Origin: Euryarchaeota archaeon UBA88
Lineage (GTDB): Archaea > Thermoplasmatota > Poseidoniia > Poseidoniales > Poseidoniaceae
Length of the DNA stretch: 63,429 nucleotides
Direction of reading: 5' to 3'
NCBI GenBank assembly: GCA_002499545.1
Contig: DAME01000024.1
Span: forward strand, 4-63,432
Below, one piece after another: positions 17,514 to 27,818 of this stretch (its first letter is position 1; each line of letters opens with the position of its first letter). Position numbers and translations under genes: made by a program. A model generated the notes under the pieces. The model was not told the origin of the DNA. It saw only the letters and a list, made by a program, of their open reading frames with translations, and searched no databases.

Positions 17514-18698
17514 ATGGAACACAGCGACGACTGCTTCCTTGTCCCGGGACCTGTACGGATGGGAAAGCCATGTTTGGAGGCACTCGCCACTCCCGTTATG
17601 ACCGCTCGGGGGCCCGAATTTCGGGACGTAATGGCCACGTTAAATTCAGGTCTTCGTAACGCCTTTAATCTCGCCCCATCCAAACCCGTTCGTGGAGTTC
17701 AATCATGGTCCGGTGAAGATGATTACAAGGTTGTGGTTGTTTCAGGCAGCGGTACTGCTGCAATGGAGATGGTAATTGCCAATCGATTCAGATCCAATGA
17801 TTTGGTACTTGTTCCAACCAACGGAAAGTTTGGAGAACGCGTCGCTGAAATGTGTAAACGGTTTTGCAATGTTAAGCACTTAAAGTACGAGTGGGGAAGA
17901 GCGTTTGACTTGTACGAGCTTGAGCAACAACTTGCCCGTGGATGCTATGAATCGTTGTTGATTTGTCATAATGAGACCAGTACAGGAATCACCCAGGATG
18001 CAGCTGCCATCGCAGAAATGTGTTCTCGACACAAGACATCGTTCATACTTGACGGCATTACCTCTGTGGGTGGAATGCCCGTACATCCGGAAGAATGGAA
18101 CGCTGAAGCCGTCGTTGTTGGCTCACAAAAGTGTACGGCTGGTCCGTCGGGTATCGCAGCCATAGCGTTCAATTCCAATTTTGAAGAGCGTGTGCATGCC
18201 ATCCGTGAACAAGGTGATTCAAATCCAAATTATTACTTTGATCTTGTTTCTGCAATCAAGAAAGGCGGTGATGATCAAACACCATGGACTCCTGCCATAA
18301 ATTTGGCATTGGGTTGGGGTGCTGCTCTTGAAGTTCTGTCACATGAGACCAATGAAGGTCGGTGGAAACGATGCGCACACATGGCCCATGGAGTTCGTGA
18401 ACTGTTCACTGATTTAGGGTTCGAATTACTTGCAGACAGAGAACAACGAAGCGATACTGTCACTGCCATCATGTATCCTGAAGGAATCGATGATGCGTGG
18501 AGAACCCGATTGAAAGATGACTACAACACCCAAGTCATCGGAGCACAGGACCACCTCAAGGGTAAGATGTTCCGTGTTGGATCGATGGGTGAAACGCCCG
18601 TTGCCGAAATGGTTGAGGGTTGCAAGAGAATGATTGCATGCTTCAAGTCCTTCGGTCACGAGCTTCCCGAAGTGAGCGTCGAAACATACTTTGCGTGA
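17514..18698 (+). CDS. Class V aminotransferase (alanine-glyoxylate/serine-pyruvate type)
   Basis: VPGPV, GSGTAAME, NGKFGER, HNETSTG, DGITS, GSQKC (PLP lysine), FRVGSMG. Confidence 0.92.
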   Translation: MEHSDDCFLVPGPVRMGKPCLEALATPVMTARGPEFRDVMATLNSGLRNAFNLAPSKPVRGVQSWSGEDDYKVVVVSGSGTAAMEMVIANRFRSNDLVLVPTNGKFGERVAEMCKRFCNVKHLKYEWGRAFDLYELEQQLARGCYESLLICHNETSTGITQDAAAIAEMCSRHKTSFILDGITSVGGMPVHPEEWNAEAVVVGSQKCTAGPSGIAAIAFNSNFEERVHAIREQGDSNPNYYFDLVSAIKKGGDDQTPWTPAINLALGWGAALEVLSHETNEGRWKRCAHMAHGVRELFTDLGFELLADREQRSDTVTAIMYPEGIDDAWRTRLKDDYNTQVIGAQDHLKGKMFRVGSMGETPVAEMVEGCKRMIACFKSFGHELPEVSVETYFA

Positions 18699-18707
18699 GG
18701 GCTGTCA

Positions 18708-19256
18708 ATGAGGTACATTGTACTGGGCCGATTCCAACCTTTCCATAAAGGACACGAACACTTGGTCCAGTCGGCAGCACAGATGGCATCAACCGAAGAC
18801 ACCGTCGTTGTCGCCATTGGTTCCAAACAAGCAGAATGGGAGCCAAACAATCCCTGGACGGCTTCTGAACGACGTTCAATGATTGAGCGGTGGGCTGAAA
18901 AGAAATCGCTCGCAGTAGAGATTGTCGCTATTGATGACATCAACGACCCGCCAAATTGGGTAGAACATGCTACCACAATTCACGGCCACGGCACTCTGGT
19001 TACTTCTGATGATGCGACTGAGAAACTGTATACTCAAGCCGCATTTCCTACGTTGAAAGTCAGCTTAGAACAAAGGGATGCACTGGAAGGGTGGCGCGTC
19101 CGCCAAACAGCCAAAATGCTGTCAACCGTTTACGATGATGAAGCGGTGCGTGAAGTTTTGAAAGCGAGCATTCCTACCGAGGTCATTGAATGGCTTATTG
19201 AAAACGATGCGTTGTATCGCTTGTCAACCTTTGAAACCGGCGTCTATGCTGGATGA
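18708..19256 (+). CDS. nadM: Nicotinamide-nucleotide adenylyltransferase
   Basis: GRFQPFHKGH, AIGS, NPWTASER. Confidence 0.9.
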   Translation: MRYIVLGRFQPFHKGHEHLVQSAAQMASTEDTVVVAIGSKQAEWEPNNPWTASERRSMIERWAEKKSLAVEIVAIDDINDPPNWVEHATTIHGHGTLVTSDDATEKLYTQAAFPTLKVSLEQRDALEGWRVRQTAKMLSTVYDDEAVREVLKASIPTEVIEWLIENDALYRLSTFETGVYAG

Positions 19257-19493
19257 TTATTGCTTCTGAAATTTCTTTTTCAAACTCTTTTTCGCCTGGT
19301 CTTTGATGATGGTTTGTACCTTTTTGTCCGCTTTGGCTTTCAGGTTTTCAGCCATTCCCGACAGACGCTCCTTGGCAGCATCTTTGACCGGACGTGTGGC
19401 CTCATCGACAACTTGACGAGAAACGCTCTTTGCTGCTTCTTTGGCCGCCTTACCTGCTGCACCTGCCGCCTTGCCTGCTAGTTTCTTCACCAT
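19257..19493 (-). CDS. Small Lys/Ala-rich basic helical protein
   Basis: 78 aa, fills the gap between nadM and grpE; CCTTCATG about 25 nt upstream. Confidence 0.6.
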   Translation of the reverse strand: MVKKLAGKAAGAAGKAAKEAAKSVSRQVVDEATRPVKDAAKERLSGMAENLKAKADKKVQTIIKDQAKKSLKKKFQKQ

Positions 19494-19532
19494 ATGTTCT
19501 ACATTGTAGCACGACACATGAAGGTTCCGTCA

Positions 19533-20090
19533 TCACTCTTCGGATGCTACAACAACCCTTGAGGCGAGAATGACCCGTTTCTTATACATGTAACCGGCTT
19601 CCAAAACATCGACAACTTTGCCGGCTGGAAATGCCTCAGAGGCGGGTATTGTGGTGATAGCTTCCATTTTTGCTGGGTCAAAGACTTGCCCTTTGGCATC
19701 AATTTCTGAAACACCGTCTGCTGAAAGTTCATGCCACATTTTGTTTCGGAGCAAACGCAATCCTTGTGCAACAGCGGATTCATCGCCTTCTGCAATGTTT
19801 GATACGGCACGATCTACGTCTCCCAATACGGTTAACATTCTTCGTGCAATCCCCATACCACCGTACTGAATTAATTCAGACTTTTCAGCCATCAAGCGCT
19901 TTCGTACGTTTTGAATCTCTGCATCCTTGTATGCGATCTCTTTTTCTGCCGTTTCAGCACGAGAAAGTGCTTCCTCAAGTGGGTCAACGGGCTCTGGCTC
20001 AACGAACTCTCCAGCATCCAATGTTTCCATTCCGTCTTCGACGACTGGAACCAAATCGTCTTCTTCATCCAACGGCATGTCTTCACTCAT
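19533..20090 (-). CDS. grpE: Nucleotide exchange factor GrpE
   Basis: AEIQNVRKR, FDPAKMEA, VLEAGYMYKKRVILASRVVV. Confidence 0.93.
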   Translation of the reverse strand: MSEDMPLDEEDDLVPVVEDGMETLDAGEFVEPEPVDPLEEALSRAETAEKEIAYKDAEIQNVRKRLMAEKSELIQYGGMGIARRMLTVLGDVDRAVSNIAEGDESAVAQGLRLLRNKMWHELSADGVSEIDAKGQVFDPAKMEAITTIPASEAFPAGKVVDVLEAGYMYKKRVILASRVVVASEE

Positions 20091-20129
20091 CAACCCTGCG
20101 TTAGGCAAGTGGTCTTTGAACCCCTCGTT

Positions 20130-20810
20130 TCATTTTGCAAGATACCGTTGAAGGTTCCACTCTCCATGGCCCCAATGTTTTGCATCGAGATGCTCCCGAC
20201 CAACAATCGGAACGAGTTGTGGCTGTGTTAAAGATTGGTTAATGGTGTGAATCAATGTACGGCATGAACGGTCGTGCGCTTCATAGGTCGGAACGATTTT
20301 TGGGTCCTTCGTTTCGTCGATTGTTTCACCAAGCTGCTTGCGTCGGTCCATCCAATCAAGACAAACACGCTCTGCGAATTCCTCTTCGGGGATTCCTTTC
20401 AAACGAGCAAAAACTTCAATCCATGTATCTTCAGAATAAAGGTCTTCACTTCCGTCAATGGTTCGTTGCAATGCCACGTCGAGGTACAAGAATGCTCGAC
20501 CTTCCCACACCTCCCACGAACCTGGACTCGACCAGTTCATGAGGTGAAGCAGTCCAGTCGCCCCGTCTTCAATATCATTCAGAACCTCATGGGTGATCAT
20601 GCCCTTGCGATTTCCAATTGAATCCATCCAATCGAGAAGTTCGGCTTCACAGTCAATCGAAAAGTCACGGTTGAGCCGTATATCAGGATCAGGGCGCATC
20701 GAACGGAATGATGCTTTTTCCATACCCCTGTACAATTCATCCCACGGAATTTTGAGTATTGATTCCAGCGAGGGCACATCGACGAGAAGTACGACCAACT
20801 CAATGCCCAT
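20130..20810 (-). CDS. Hypothetical soluble protein
   Basis: 226-aa ORF from MGIELVV with globular composition; no motif recognised. Confidence 0.7.
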   Translation of the reverse strand: MGIELVVLLVDVPSLESILKIPWDELYRGMEKASFRSMRPDPDIRLNRDFSIDCEAELLDWMDSIGNRKGMITHEVLNDIEDGATGLLHLMNWSSPGSWEVWEGRAFLYLDVALQRTIDGSEDLYSEDTWIEVFARLKGIPEEEFAERVCLDWMDRRKQLGETIDETKDPKIVPTYEAHDRSCRTLIHTINQSLTQPQLVPIVGREHLDAKHWGHGEWNLQRYLAK

Positions 20811-20938
20811 GGCTTGTCGAGAACGGCAAGTGGTTTGAGGGCATCGGCTGAACTGGCTCAATGAACCATGTCGATAAAGGCCTGAAGAGAAGAGGATTGA
20901 ATAAGAACAGGCGCTCGCGAGCAATTGGAGGCTTTGAG

Positions 20939-22054
20939 GTGGCGACAATCAAGGAACAAATCGAATTGATACGCGCTGAGATTGACAAAACTCAAAAGAA
21001 CAAAGCCACAAACGCACACATAGGTAAACTGAAAGCAAAGATTGCACAGTTGAAAATCAAAGAAGAACGAGCTCATGCTCACTCAAAAGCCAGCGGAGGC
21101 GGCAAAGGGTTTGAAGTCAAAAAGTCGGGTGACGCCACCGTCGCACTGGTTGGGTTTCCATCGGTTGGTAAATCAACGCTGATTTCCAAAGTAACCGACG
21201 CCCACTCCGAAGTGGCAGGATACGCCTTCACAACGTTGACTTGTATTCCTGGAGTTATGGAGCATCGTGGAGCGAGAATCCAAATTCTGGACCTGCCCGG
21301 ACTGATTAAGGGTGCTGCTGAAGGAAAAGGAAGAGGGCGAGAAATCCTCAACGTAATTCGAAGTGCTGACATGGTACTCTACATCGTTGACCCTTTCCAA
21401 GATGCTCACTTCAATGTCCTCCATCGTGAACTGCACAATGCTGGGCTACGATTGAATGAAACTAAACCTCCAGTGTTCATCAAGCGCACTGAACGAGGGG
21501 GAATTGATGTTCGAACCACGGTTGAACAAACACACCTCACCGATGAGGAAATGAGCGACATCATTCGGTCGTTTGGATACACTTCAGCCATCGTCACTCT
21601 CCGAAACAACACCACTGCGGAGCAGATTGTGGATTGCTTGGCTGAAAATCGAATCTATGAAAAAGCCGTTGTTGCCATCAATAAAATCGATATTGCTACT
21701 GAAGACGACCTGATTCGAGCACGCTCGACGCTCCCTGCCGATTGGCCAGTGATGCGAATTTCTGCATTCAAGGACATCGGACTTGAAGAACTGAAAGATT
21801 TCATTTACGACAACCTTGGGTTCATGCGAGTCTTCCTCAAGCCACAAGGTCAAGAAGCCGACTTAGAGGAACCACTCATCGTCAAAGACGATTCAACTGT
21901 TGAGCACATCTGCAACAAGTTGCACCGTGATTTCGTAAGGAAATTCCGATATGCTCGAGTCAAAGGACCGAGTGCTAAATTCGACTGGCAGCGAGTTGGA
22001 TTGGACCATTTATTGCAAGATGGAGACTTGATGACAATTGTCGTTCGACGCTGA
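20939..22054 (+). CDS. drg: DRG/RBG-family OBG GTPase with TGS domain
   Basis: GFPSVGKST, YAFTTLT, DLPG, NKID, C-terminal TGS (KLHRDF...VGLDHLLQDGD). GTG start at 20939. Confidence 0.95.
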   Translation: MATIKEQIELIRAEIDKTQKNKATNAHIGKLKAKIAQLKIKEERAHAHSKASGGGKGFEVKKSGDATVALVGFPSVGKSTLISKVTDAHSEVAGYAFTTLTCIPGVMEHRGARIQILDLPGLIKGAAEGKGRGREILNVIRSADMVLYIVDPFQDAHFNVLHRELHNAGLRLNETKPPVFIKRTERGGIDVRTTVEQTHLTDEEMSDIIRSFGYTSAIVTLRNNTTAEQIVDCLAENRIYEKAVVAINKIDIATEDDLIRARSTLPADWPVMRISAFKDIGLEELKDFIYDNLGFMRVFLKPQGQEADLEEPLIVKDDSTVEHICNKLHRDFVRKFRYARVKGPSAKFDWQRVGLDHLLQDGDLMTIVVRR

Positions 22055-22372
22055 TCAGTCCCAGATACCCATGTCCATACGGGCATCTTCTGAAGCGTGC
22101 TTCTTGGGATCCCAACGCGGCGTCCAAACCAAGTTGATGTGAACGCTTTCAAGACCTTCAGTGTTCAGTGCTGCCCGATGGGCAGCCGCCATGATCTCTG
22201 GAGCTGCTGGACAACCGGGAGAAGTCAAGGTAAGGTCGATTTCAGCGTGCAGACCCTCATCTTTTTGTTCAAAGCGAACGTCATAAACCAAGCCAAGTTC
22301 AACAATGGAGAGTTCCAATTCGGGGTCCTCAACTTCGTCCAATTGCGTTAATACTTCTTCCTTCTCAACCAT
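22055..22372 (-). CDS. sufT: DUF59/MIP18 Fe-S assembly factor (SufT-like)
   Basis: DPELELSIVELGLVY, TLTSPGCP, VWTPRW. Confidence 0.88.
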   Translation of the reverse strand: MVEKEEVLTQLDEVEDPELELSIVELGLVYDVRFEQKDEGLHAEIDLTLTSPGCPAAPEIMAAAHRAALNTEGLESVHINLVWTPRWDPKKHASEDARMDMGIWD

Positions 22373-22381
22373 TACCTCACC

Positions 22382-22792
22382 TCAATGTAGACTTCGAATA
22401 TCCCGCATCACCTTATCAAACATGTTTCGAAAACCGTTGGAGCGGCTCGGTGAAAGAGAATTGAGAATACCCATCTCTTCTGCAAATTCCGGTGAAAGGA
22501 GAAGTGCTTGAGCAGGAGCAGTGCCGTTGAGGGCCAGAGTCAGTATCCCCATCAAACCTTGAACAAGTTTCGCATCGGCACCCGACCGTAGAATAATTTT
22601 TCCATCTTCAAAATCGACGCGTACGTGAGCTTCCGACTGACAGCCAACCACACGTGAGCCATCGTCCCACTGATCAATTGGTAGAGGCACAACTTCATCA
22701 GCCATGTCAAAGACCATTTCAAGGCGTTCCAATTTATCTTCGACTTCGGAGAATTCTTCAATCAATTCGACAAGAATCTCTGGGTATGTCAT
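22382..22792 (-). CDS. sufE: Sulfur acceptor SufE
   Basis: VVGCQS, DAKLVQGL, LSPSRSNG. Confidence 0.9.
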   Translation of the reverse strand: MTYPEILVELIEEFSEVEDKLERLEMVFDMADEVVPLPIDQWDDGSRVVGCQSEAHVRVDFEDGKIILRSGADAKLVQGLMGILTLALNGTAPAQALLLSPEFAEEMGILNSLSPSRSNGFRNMFDKVMRDIRSLH

Positions 22793-23982
22793 CCAAACCT
22801 CTCCGTAATGTCTCGAAGTTGAACGATGAACCGTTGAGCTTCATCCATCGTATTGTAGAGATAAAACGATGCGCGAACTGCGCTTGAGATGCCGAAACGA
22901 TTCAACAACGGCTGGGCGCAGTGGTGACCGGTTCGAACTGCAAAGCCTCGTGCATCAAGCAGGTGGGCGAGGTCTTCGGTGTGAATAGTTGGATGGAGGA
23001 ATGAAACAACTGCGCCATCTTTGGGGCCGTGCCGCCCATAAACGGTGATATCCATACTTCGCAATTCGTCAGCAACCCACCGAGCAATTCCGATGAGACG
23101 TTCGTGTTCCTTTTCCAGGTCAAGTTTCGACATCCAATCAAATGCTGCACACCAGCCGATGGCCTCAGCAATTTTAGGCGTACCAGCTTCGAATTTATGC
23201 TCGTTCGTTTGGTAGGTTGAACCTTCTGTAGTGACCGTTGAAATCATGTCACCGCCGCCCATGAACGGTTGCATTGTCTGGAATACCTCTTCCTTGATGA
23301 GAAGTGCTCCAATTCCGGTTGGACCACACATCTTGTGTGCAGAGAATGCCATGAAATCGGCATCAAATTGCTTGAAATCGATTCGGTCGTGAGGTACACC
23401 CTGCGCAGCGTCAATCAGGACGAGCGCCTCATTTTCGTGAGCGATGCCAATGATTTCTTCCAAAGGATTGCGTACGCCTAGGACGTTGGACGTGTGAACA
23501 ACACAGACGAGTTTGGCTCCTTCCAACGATGCGGCATACACGTCCATGTCGAGTGTGAAATCATCCAATACAGGTACGTATCGCAACTCCACACCTCGCT
23601 CTTCTGCGAGCATTTGCCAAGGTACGATATCGGAATGATGTTCCATTTCAGTCAGGACAATCACATCACCAGACTTCAAGTTCGCTCTTCCCCAACCGTG
23701 AGCAACCAGATTGATTGCCTCTGTGGTGCCACTGGTTATGACCGCACGCTCTGCATTGAACCACGACTTAAGGCGAGTTCTGCACAGCTCATATCCTTCG
23801 GTTGCTTCCCCAGCAAGGGTATGGACTGCTCTGTGAACATTGGCGTTGGAGAGTGTGTAGTAGTCATTCATCGCATCGAGGACCACTTGCGGCTTTTGCG
23901 TCGTTGCAGCGTTGTCAAGATAGACCAGTGGATGGCCGTTTACTTCACGCTTGAGTATTGGAAAATCATCACGGAGTGCCAT
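22789..23982 (-). CDS. sufS: Cysteine desulfurase SufS
   Basis: YLDNAATTQKP, EMEHHSD, FSAHKMCGPTGIG, RTGHHCAQP. Confidence 0.96.
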   Translation of the reverse strand: MALRDDFPILKREVNGHPLVYLDNAATTQKPQVVLDAMNDYYTLSNANVHRAVHTLAGEATEGYELCRTRLKSWFNAERAVITSGTTEAINLVAHGWGRANLKSGDVIVLTEMEHHSDIVPWQMLAEERGVELRYVPVLDDFTLDMDVYAASLEGAKLVCVVHTSNVLGVRNPLEEIIGIAHENEALVLIDAAQGVPHDRIDFKQFDADFMAFSAHKMCGPTGIGALLIKEEVFQTMQPFMGGGDMISTVTTEGSTYQTNEHKFEAGTPKIAEAIGWCAAFDWMSKLDLEKEHERLIGIARWVADELRSMDITVYGRHGPKDGAVVSFLHPTIHTEDLAHLLDARGFAVRTGHHCAQPLLNRFGISSAVRASFYLYNTMDEAQRFIVQLRDITERFG

Positions 23983-23986
23983 TTAT

Positions 23987-25027
23987 TCACCCCGATAGTT
24001 CATCTTCCAGATGGATGTTTAGTTGATGTTGCATTTCTTCAGCGAGTCGCTGGTTGTTCAAGTTGGAAAAAGCACTGAGTAAAAAACCGCTGACAATCAA
24101 AGATTGAGATTCTTCATGATTCAAGCCTCTTGACATCAAGTAGTGCATTTGTGATTCATCGACAGGAGCACTTGCTGCACCGTGAGCTGCTGAAACATCG
24201 TCTGCCAAGACTTCCAATTCAGGGATTGCTTCAGCACGTGCTTTGTCTGAGAGCAAAAGGTTCCGGAACACTTGCCCAGCATGTGAATGGTTGGCATTAC
24301 GAGCGATCGTGAGCAGCCCAGTTCCAATGAAGTGACTCCGTCCATCACATGCAGAATTCATCACTAAATCCGAGTCTGTGTGTGAATGAAGGTGATGAAT
24401 TTCGACATGCTGGTCTTCATGACGCTTCTCATCAGCGCTGACCGTGACCGACGTTCGAACCGAAGCACCAGACTGGTTGAGGTAACTGCGAACATCCGAC
24501 TTGCACCGCTGTCCCCCGATGGAAAGAGTTGCGTGTTCGACACTTGCATCTCGAGCGATATGCCAATCCTCACAACGCAGCAAATTGCACGATGAACCGA
24601 GGTCATTGATGAAACCGAAACCGACATGCGCATTGGGGTTCACGTTCGCAGTTAGATGCAGACCGCACCAAGAACCCTCACCAGAAAGGTGGACGAACAC
24701 CGTGGCTGAACCTTTGAACTCAATGTGAAGGGTTCCAACGGTGGTCTCAGCATTGGAAACAGCATGTATGTGAATTGGTTCTGCTGTCTCCTCGATGGCA
24801 ACAGAGACATTTTCACCGTTGCAAGCGAGTAAAAAAGCGCGAGCAATGTCGGTGTGTTCAATTTGCTCCAATGGATTCACCAAAAGCGTTACTTGAGACG
24901 GAGTGGAAAACGTCAACCCCTCAACATCAGGGACTTCACCGTTCTTTGTGGGTTGAATTCGTGACCAAGGAGTATATCGCCACAAATGTTCAGAACGAGG
25001 TGGAATTGGCATTTGATGGTACATCAT
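23987..25027 (-). CDS. sufD: Fe-S assembly protein SufD
   Basis: [34 protein letters not shown]. Confidence 0.9.
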   Translation of the reverse strand: MMYHQMPIPPRSEHLWRYTPWSRIQPTKNGEVPDVEGLTFSTPSQVTLLVNPLEQIEHTDIARAFLLACNGENVSVAIEETAEPIHIHAVSNAETTVGTLHIEFKGSATVFVHLSGEGSWCGLHLTANVNPNAHVGFGFINDLGSSCNLLRCEDWHIARDASVEHATLSIGGQRCKSDVRSYLNQSGASVRTSVTVSADEKRHEDQHVEIHHLHSHTDSDLVMNSACDGRSHFIGTGLLTIARNANHSHAGQVFRNLLLSDKARAEAIPELEVLADDVSAAHGAASAPVDESQMHYLMSRGLNHEESQSLIVSGFLLSAFSNLNNQRLAEEMQHQLNIHLEDELSG

Positions 25028-26430
25028 CCAATGGAACCCTCCATTTCCAATTCCAACAACTTGTTCAGTTCGACAGCGTATTCCATAGGCAATTCGCGGG
25101 TGAAAGGTTCGAAGAAACCATTGACGATTAAGCCCATTGCCTCGTCTTCAGTGAAACCACGGCTCATGAGATAGAACAGTTGATCCCCCGACACTTTGGA
25201 AACACTTGCTTCGTGTTCCAAGTCTGATGAAGGATTACCGATTTCCATGGTAGGATAGGTGTCGGAGCGGGAGGTCCCGTCAAGAATAAGTGCATCGCAG
25301 ACGACTTTGGAGCGGCACCCCTTCGAACGGGGAGTGACTTGAAGTAAGCCTCGATACGAAGAGCGCCCGCCGTTCTTAGAAATCGATTTTGAAAGGATGT
25401 TGGAGGTCGTATTTGAAGCCAAATGGTGGACTTTCGCTCCGGTATCTTGGTGCTGACCTTTGCCTGCGTACGCCACAGAGATGACTTCAGCGTGAGCCCC
25501 TTCTCCAAGCAACATCACGGATGGATACTTCATGGTCAGTTTCGAACCAATATTTCCATCAACCCATTCAACGACTGCATTTTTGTAAGCGTGAGCTCGC
25601 TTGGTCACTAGATTGTACACGTTGCTCGACCAGTTTTGTACAGTCGAATACCGAATTGATGCGCCTTCAAGGGCGATGAGTTCGACCACGGCAGAATGCA
25701 GAGAATCCGTCGAGTAACTGGGTGCGGTGCATCCTTCGACATAATGAATGGTGCTTCCTTCATCAGCGATGATGAGGGTTCGTTCAAACTGTCCCATGTT
25801 TTTGGCATTAATTCGGAAGTACGCTTGAACCGGCATTTCGACTGAAACGCCTTTCGGGATGTAGAGGAACGAACCACCCGACCAAACCGCCGTGTTAAGG
25901 GCAGCGAATTTGTTGTCACTGTGGGGAATAACGCTGCCAAAGTATTTTTTGACGATTTCCGGATACTGCTTGAGTCCACTGTCCATGTCGAGGAAAATGA
26001 CACCTTGTTCTTCTAAATCCTCTCGAATTGAGTGGTAGACAGCTTCGGACTCATACTGGGCGGTCACGCCACCGAGCCACTTTTGCTCTGCTTCGGGAAT
26101 ACCTAGGCGGTCGAAGGTGTTCTTGATATCGGCTGGAACATCGTCCCACGATTTTTCGGTCTGATCTGATGAACGGAGGAAGTAAGTGATGCTTTCAAAA
26201 TCAATCGACTCGAGCATTGGGCAGTTACCCCATTCCGGCATAGCACGTTCCATGAAGTGGTTGTATGCTTTAACCCGAAGTTCAGTCATCCACTCAGGTT
26301 CATTCTTCAGTTCTGAAATATCACGAACGACTTGTTCAGACAATCCCTTATCAAAACGGATGGTCGAGTTCTCTGGGTCGTGAAAACCGTACTGGTAATC
26401 GCCGATTAATTCTTGTGCTTCATCCGACAT
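25024..26430 (-). CDS. sufB: Fe-S assembly protein SufB
   Basis: [45 protein letters not shown]. Confidence 0.97.
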   Translation of the reverse strand: MSDEAQELIGDYQYGFHDPENSTIRFDKGLSEQVVRDISELKNEPEWMTELRVKAYNHFMERAMPEWGNCPMLESIDFESITYFLRSSDQTEKSWDDVPADIKNTFDRLGIPEAEQKWLGGVTAQYESEAVYHSIREDLEEQGVIFLDMDSGLKQYPEIVKKYFGSVIPHSDNKFAALNTAVWSGGSFLYIPKGVSVEMPVQAYFRINAKNMGQFERTLIIADEGSTIHYVEGCTAPSYSTDSLHSAVVELIALEGASIRYSTVQNWSSNVYNLVTKRAHAYKNAVVEWVDGNIGSKLTMKYPSVMLLGEGAHAEVISVAYAGKGQHQDTGAKVHHLASNTTSNILSKSISKNGGRSSYRGLLQVTPRSKGCRSKVVCDALILDGTSRSDTYPTMEIGNPSSDLEHEASVSKVSGDQLFYLMSRGFTEDEAMGLIVNGFFEPFTRELPMEYAVELNKLLELEMEGSIG

Positions 26431-26439
26431 TCAATCACC

Positions 26440-27192
26440 TCATGCTGCTACGTCAAGCCAGTCGTATCCTCGTGCTTCGAGTTCGTGCGCCAACTCCGCA
26501 CCACCAGAATGAACAATAGCACCGTCAATCATGGCGTGAACAAAATGTGGTTTCACCAAATCGAGCAAGCGCTGATAGTGCGTGATAACCAGGCAACCGG
26601 CATCAACTGCGATTTCATTGATACCCTGTGAAACAATTCGCAATGCATCAATGTCCAGTCCTGAGTCAGTTTCGTCGAGGAGGGCCAGTTGTGGCTGGAG
26701 AAGCAGCATCTGTAAGATTTCAAGTCGCTTTTTCTCTCCACCGCTGAAGCCATCGTTGACATATCGAGAGAGAACAGCTTTTTCCATCGATAGTTTCTCC
26801 ATGGCAGTGGTGAGTTCCTTACGGAAAGCGCGACCCTTCGGGGGTTCATCTCGAACAGAGGCAACAGCCTTTTTCAGGAACGTTCCAACTTGAACACCGG
26901 GAATTGAAGCGGGGTACTGGAACGACAAAAACATCCCGTTGCGAGCGCGCTCGAAAACGTCGAGATCCTCAAGAGGCTCGCCTTTGTAGAACACCTTACC
27001 CTCAGTAATTTCGTAGGCAGGATGCCCCATCAGAGCATTCGCCAGTGTAGATTTACCTGCCCCGTTTCGGCCCATTAGGGCGTGGATTTCACCGCGATGA
27101 ATAACCAAGTTAACCCCTTTAAGAATTGGCGTACCTGCAACGCTAACATGAAGATTTTCGATGCGTAAGATTTCCTCTGACACTACCCTCAC
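26440..27192 (-). CDS. sufC: Fe-S assembly ATPase SufC
   Basis: GRNGAGKST, FQYP, GFSGGEKKR, LDETDSGLDIDAL, ITHYQR. Confidence 0.97.
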   Translation of the reverse strand: MRVVSEEILRIENLHVSVAGTPILKGVNLVIHRGEIHALMGRNGAGKSTLANALMGHPAYEITEGKVFYKGEPLEDLDVFERARNGMFLSFQYPASIPGVQVGTFLKKAVASVRDEPPKGRAFRKELTTAMEKLSMEKAVLSRYVNDGFSGGEKKRLEILQMLLLQPQLALLDETDSGLDIDALRIVSQGINEIAVDAGCLVITHYQRLLDLVKPHFVHAMIDGAIVHSGGAELAHELEARGYDWLDVAA

Positions 27193-27197
27193 CCAAT

Positions 27198-27238
27198 ATA
27201 CCCTTGAAGCACTCCTTTATCAAGTGGTGTAAGGGTAT
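27198..27238. promoter_or_regulatory. Inverted repeat enclosing the sufC TATA box (candidate operator)
   Basis: ATACCCTT-gaag-CACT ... AGTG-gtgt-AAGGGTAT; the centre reads TTGATAAA on the minus strand, 24-31 nt upstream of sufC. Confidence 0.6.
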
Positions 27239-27320
27239 TTTGACAGTTTCTTAAAATTCCGTGATTTTTACGCTCACTCGTGATGGCATCATTGAAGAAG
27301 AAGCGCAGAGAGCGAGGGAT

Positions 27321-27779
27321 ATGACCGACGACGACCTTGTTGCTCAGTATGCAGCGGAAGCGAAGGCCGCAATGTCTGAAGAAGCCATGCGCAGGGTCGC
27401 TGAATCCACCGACTCCGAAGTCGAAGCGAAACTGCGTTCGACTTCGCTTCTTGAACTGCTTCACACTGAAGAATTTGTGCCAGCACTACTTGCTCGACTT
27501 GGCGACGTCCGAGCAGCACTCGATGGGCATGGAGGCGGCATTAAAACCACATCTGTCGGGTGGGGGCAAACTGAACATCCAAGCCTCGACCTCGTTCTAG
27601 ACCTCACCGGTGCATGCCTCTCATGCGGAGCAGCACCTGGTACGCTTGAAGGGGTGAAAACGGATCTTGAAAACGATGAAGAAATAACTCGAATCCGATT
27701 TTCATCCGCTCTTCTCGATACTTTTGACGAGTTGGGACGAGAATTCATTCTCGCACATGGCGCTGTAGAGTTCGTCTGA
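27321..27779 (+). CDS. NifU/Nfu-domain Fe-S carrier protein
   Basis: VRAALDGHGGGI and LTGACLSCG Nfu motifs; divergent from the suf operon. Start is 27321 (alternative GTG 27261). Confidence 0.85.
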   Translation: MTDDDLVAQYAAEAKAAMSEEAMRRVAESTDSEVEAKLRSTSLLELLHTEEFVPALLARLGDVRAALDGHGGGIKTTSVGWGQTEHPSLDLVLDLTGACLSCGAAPGTLEGVKTDLENDEEITRIRFSSALLDTFDELGREFILAHGAVEFV

Positions 27780-27818
27780 GTGGATGAATTGAAAGGTGCG
27801 ATGAGTGAGGTCTGCAAT

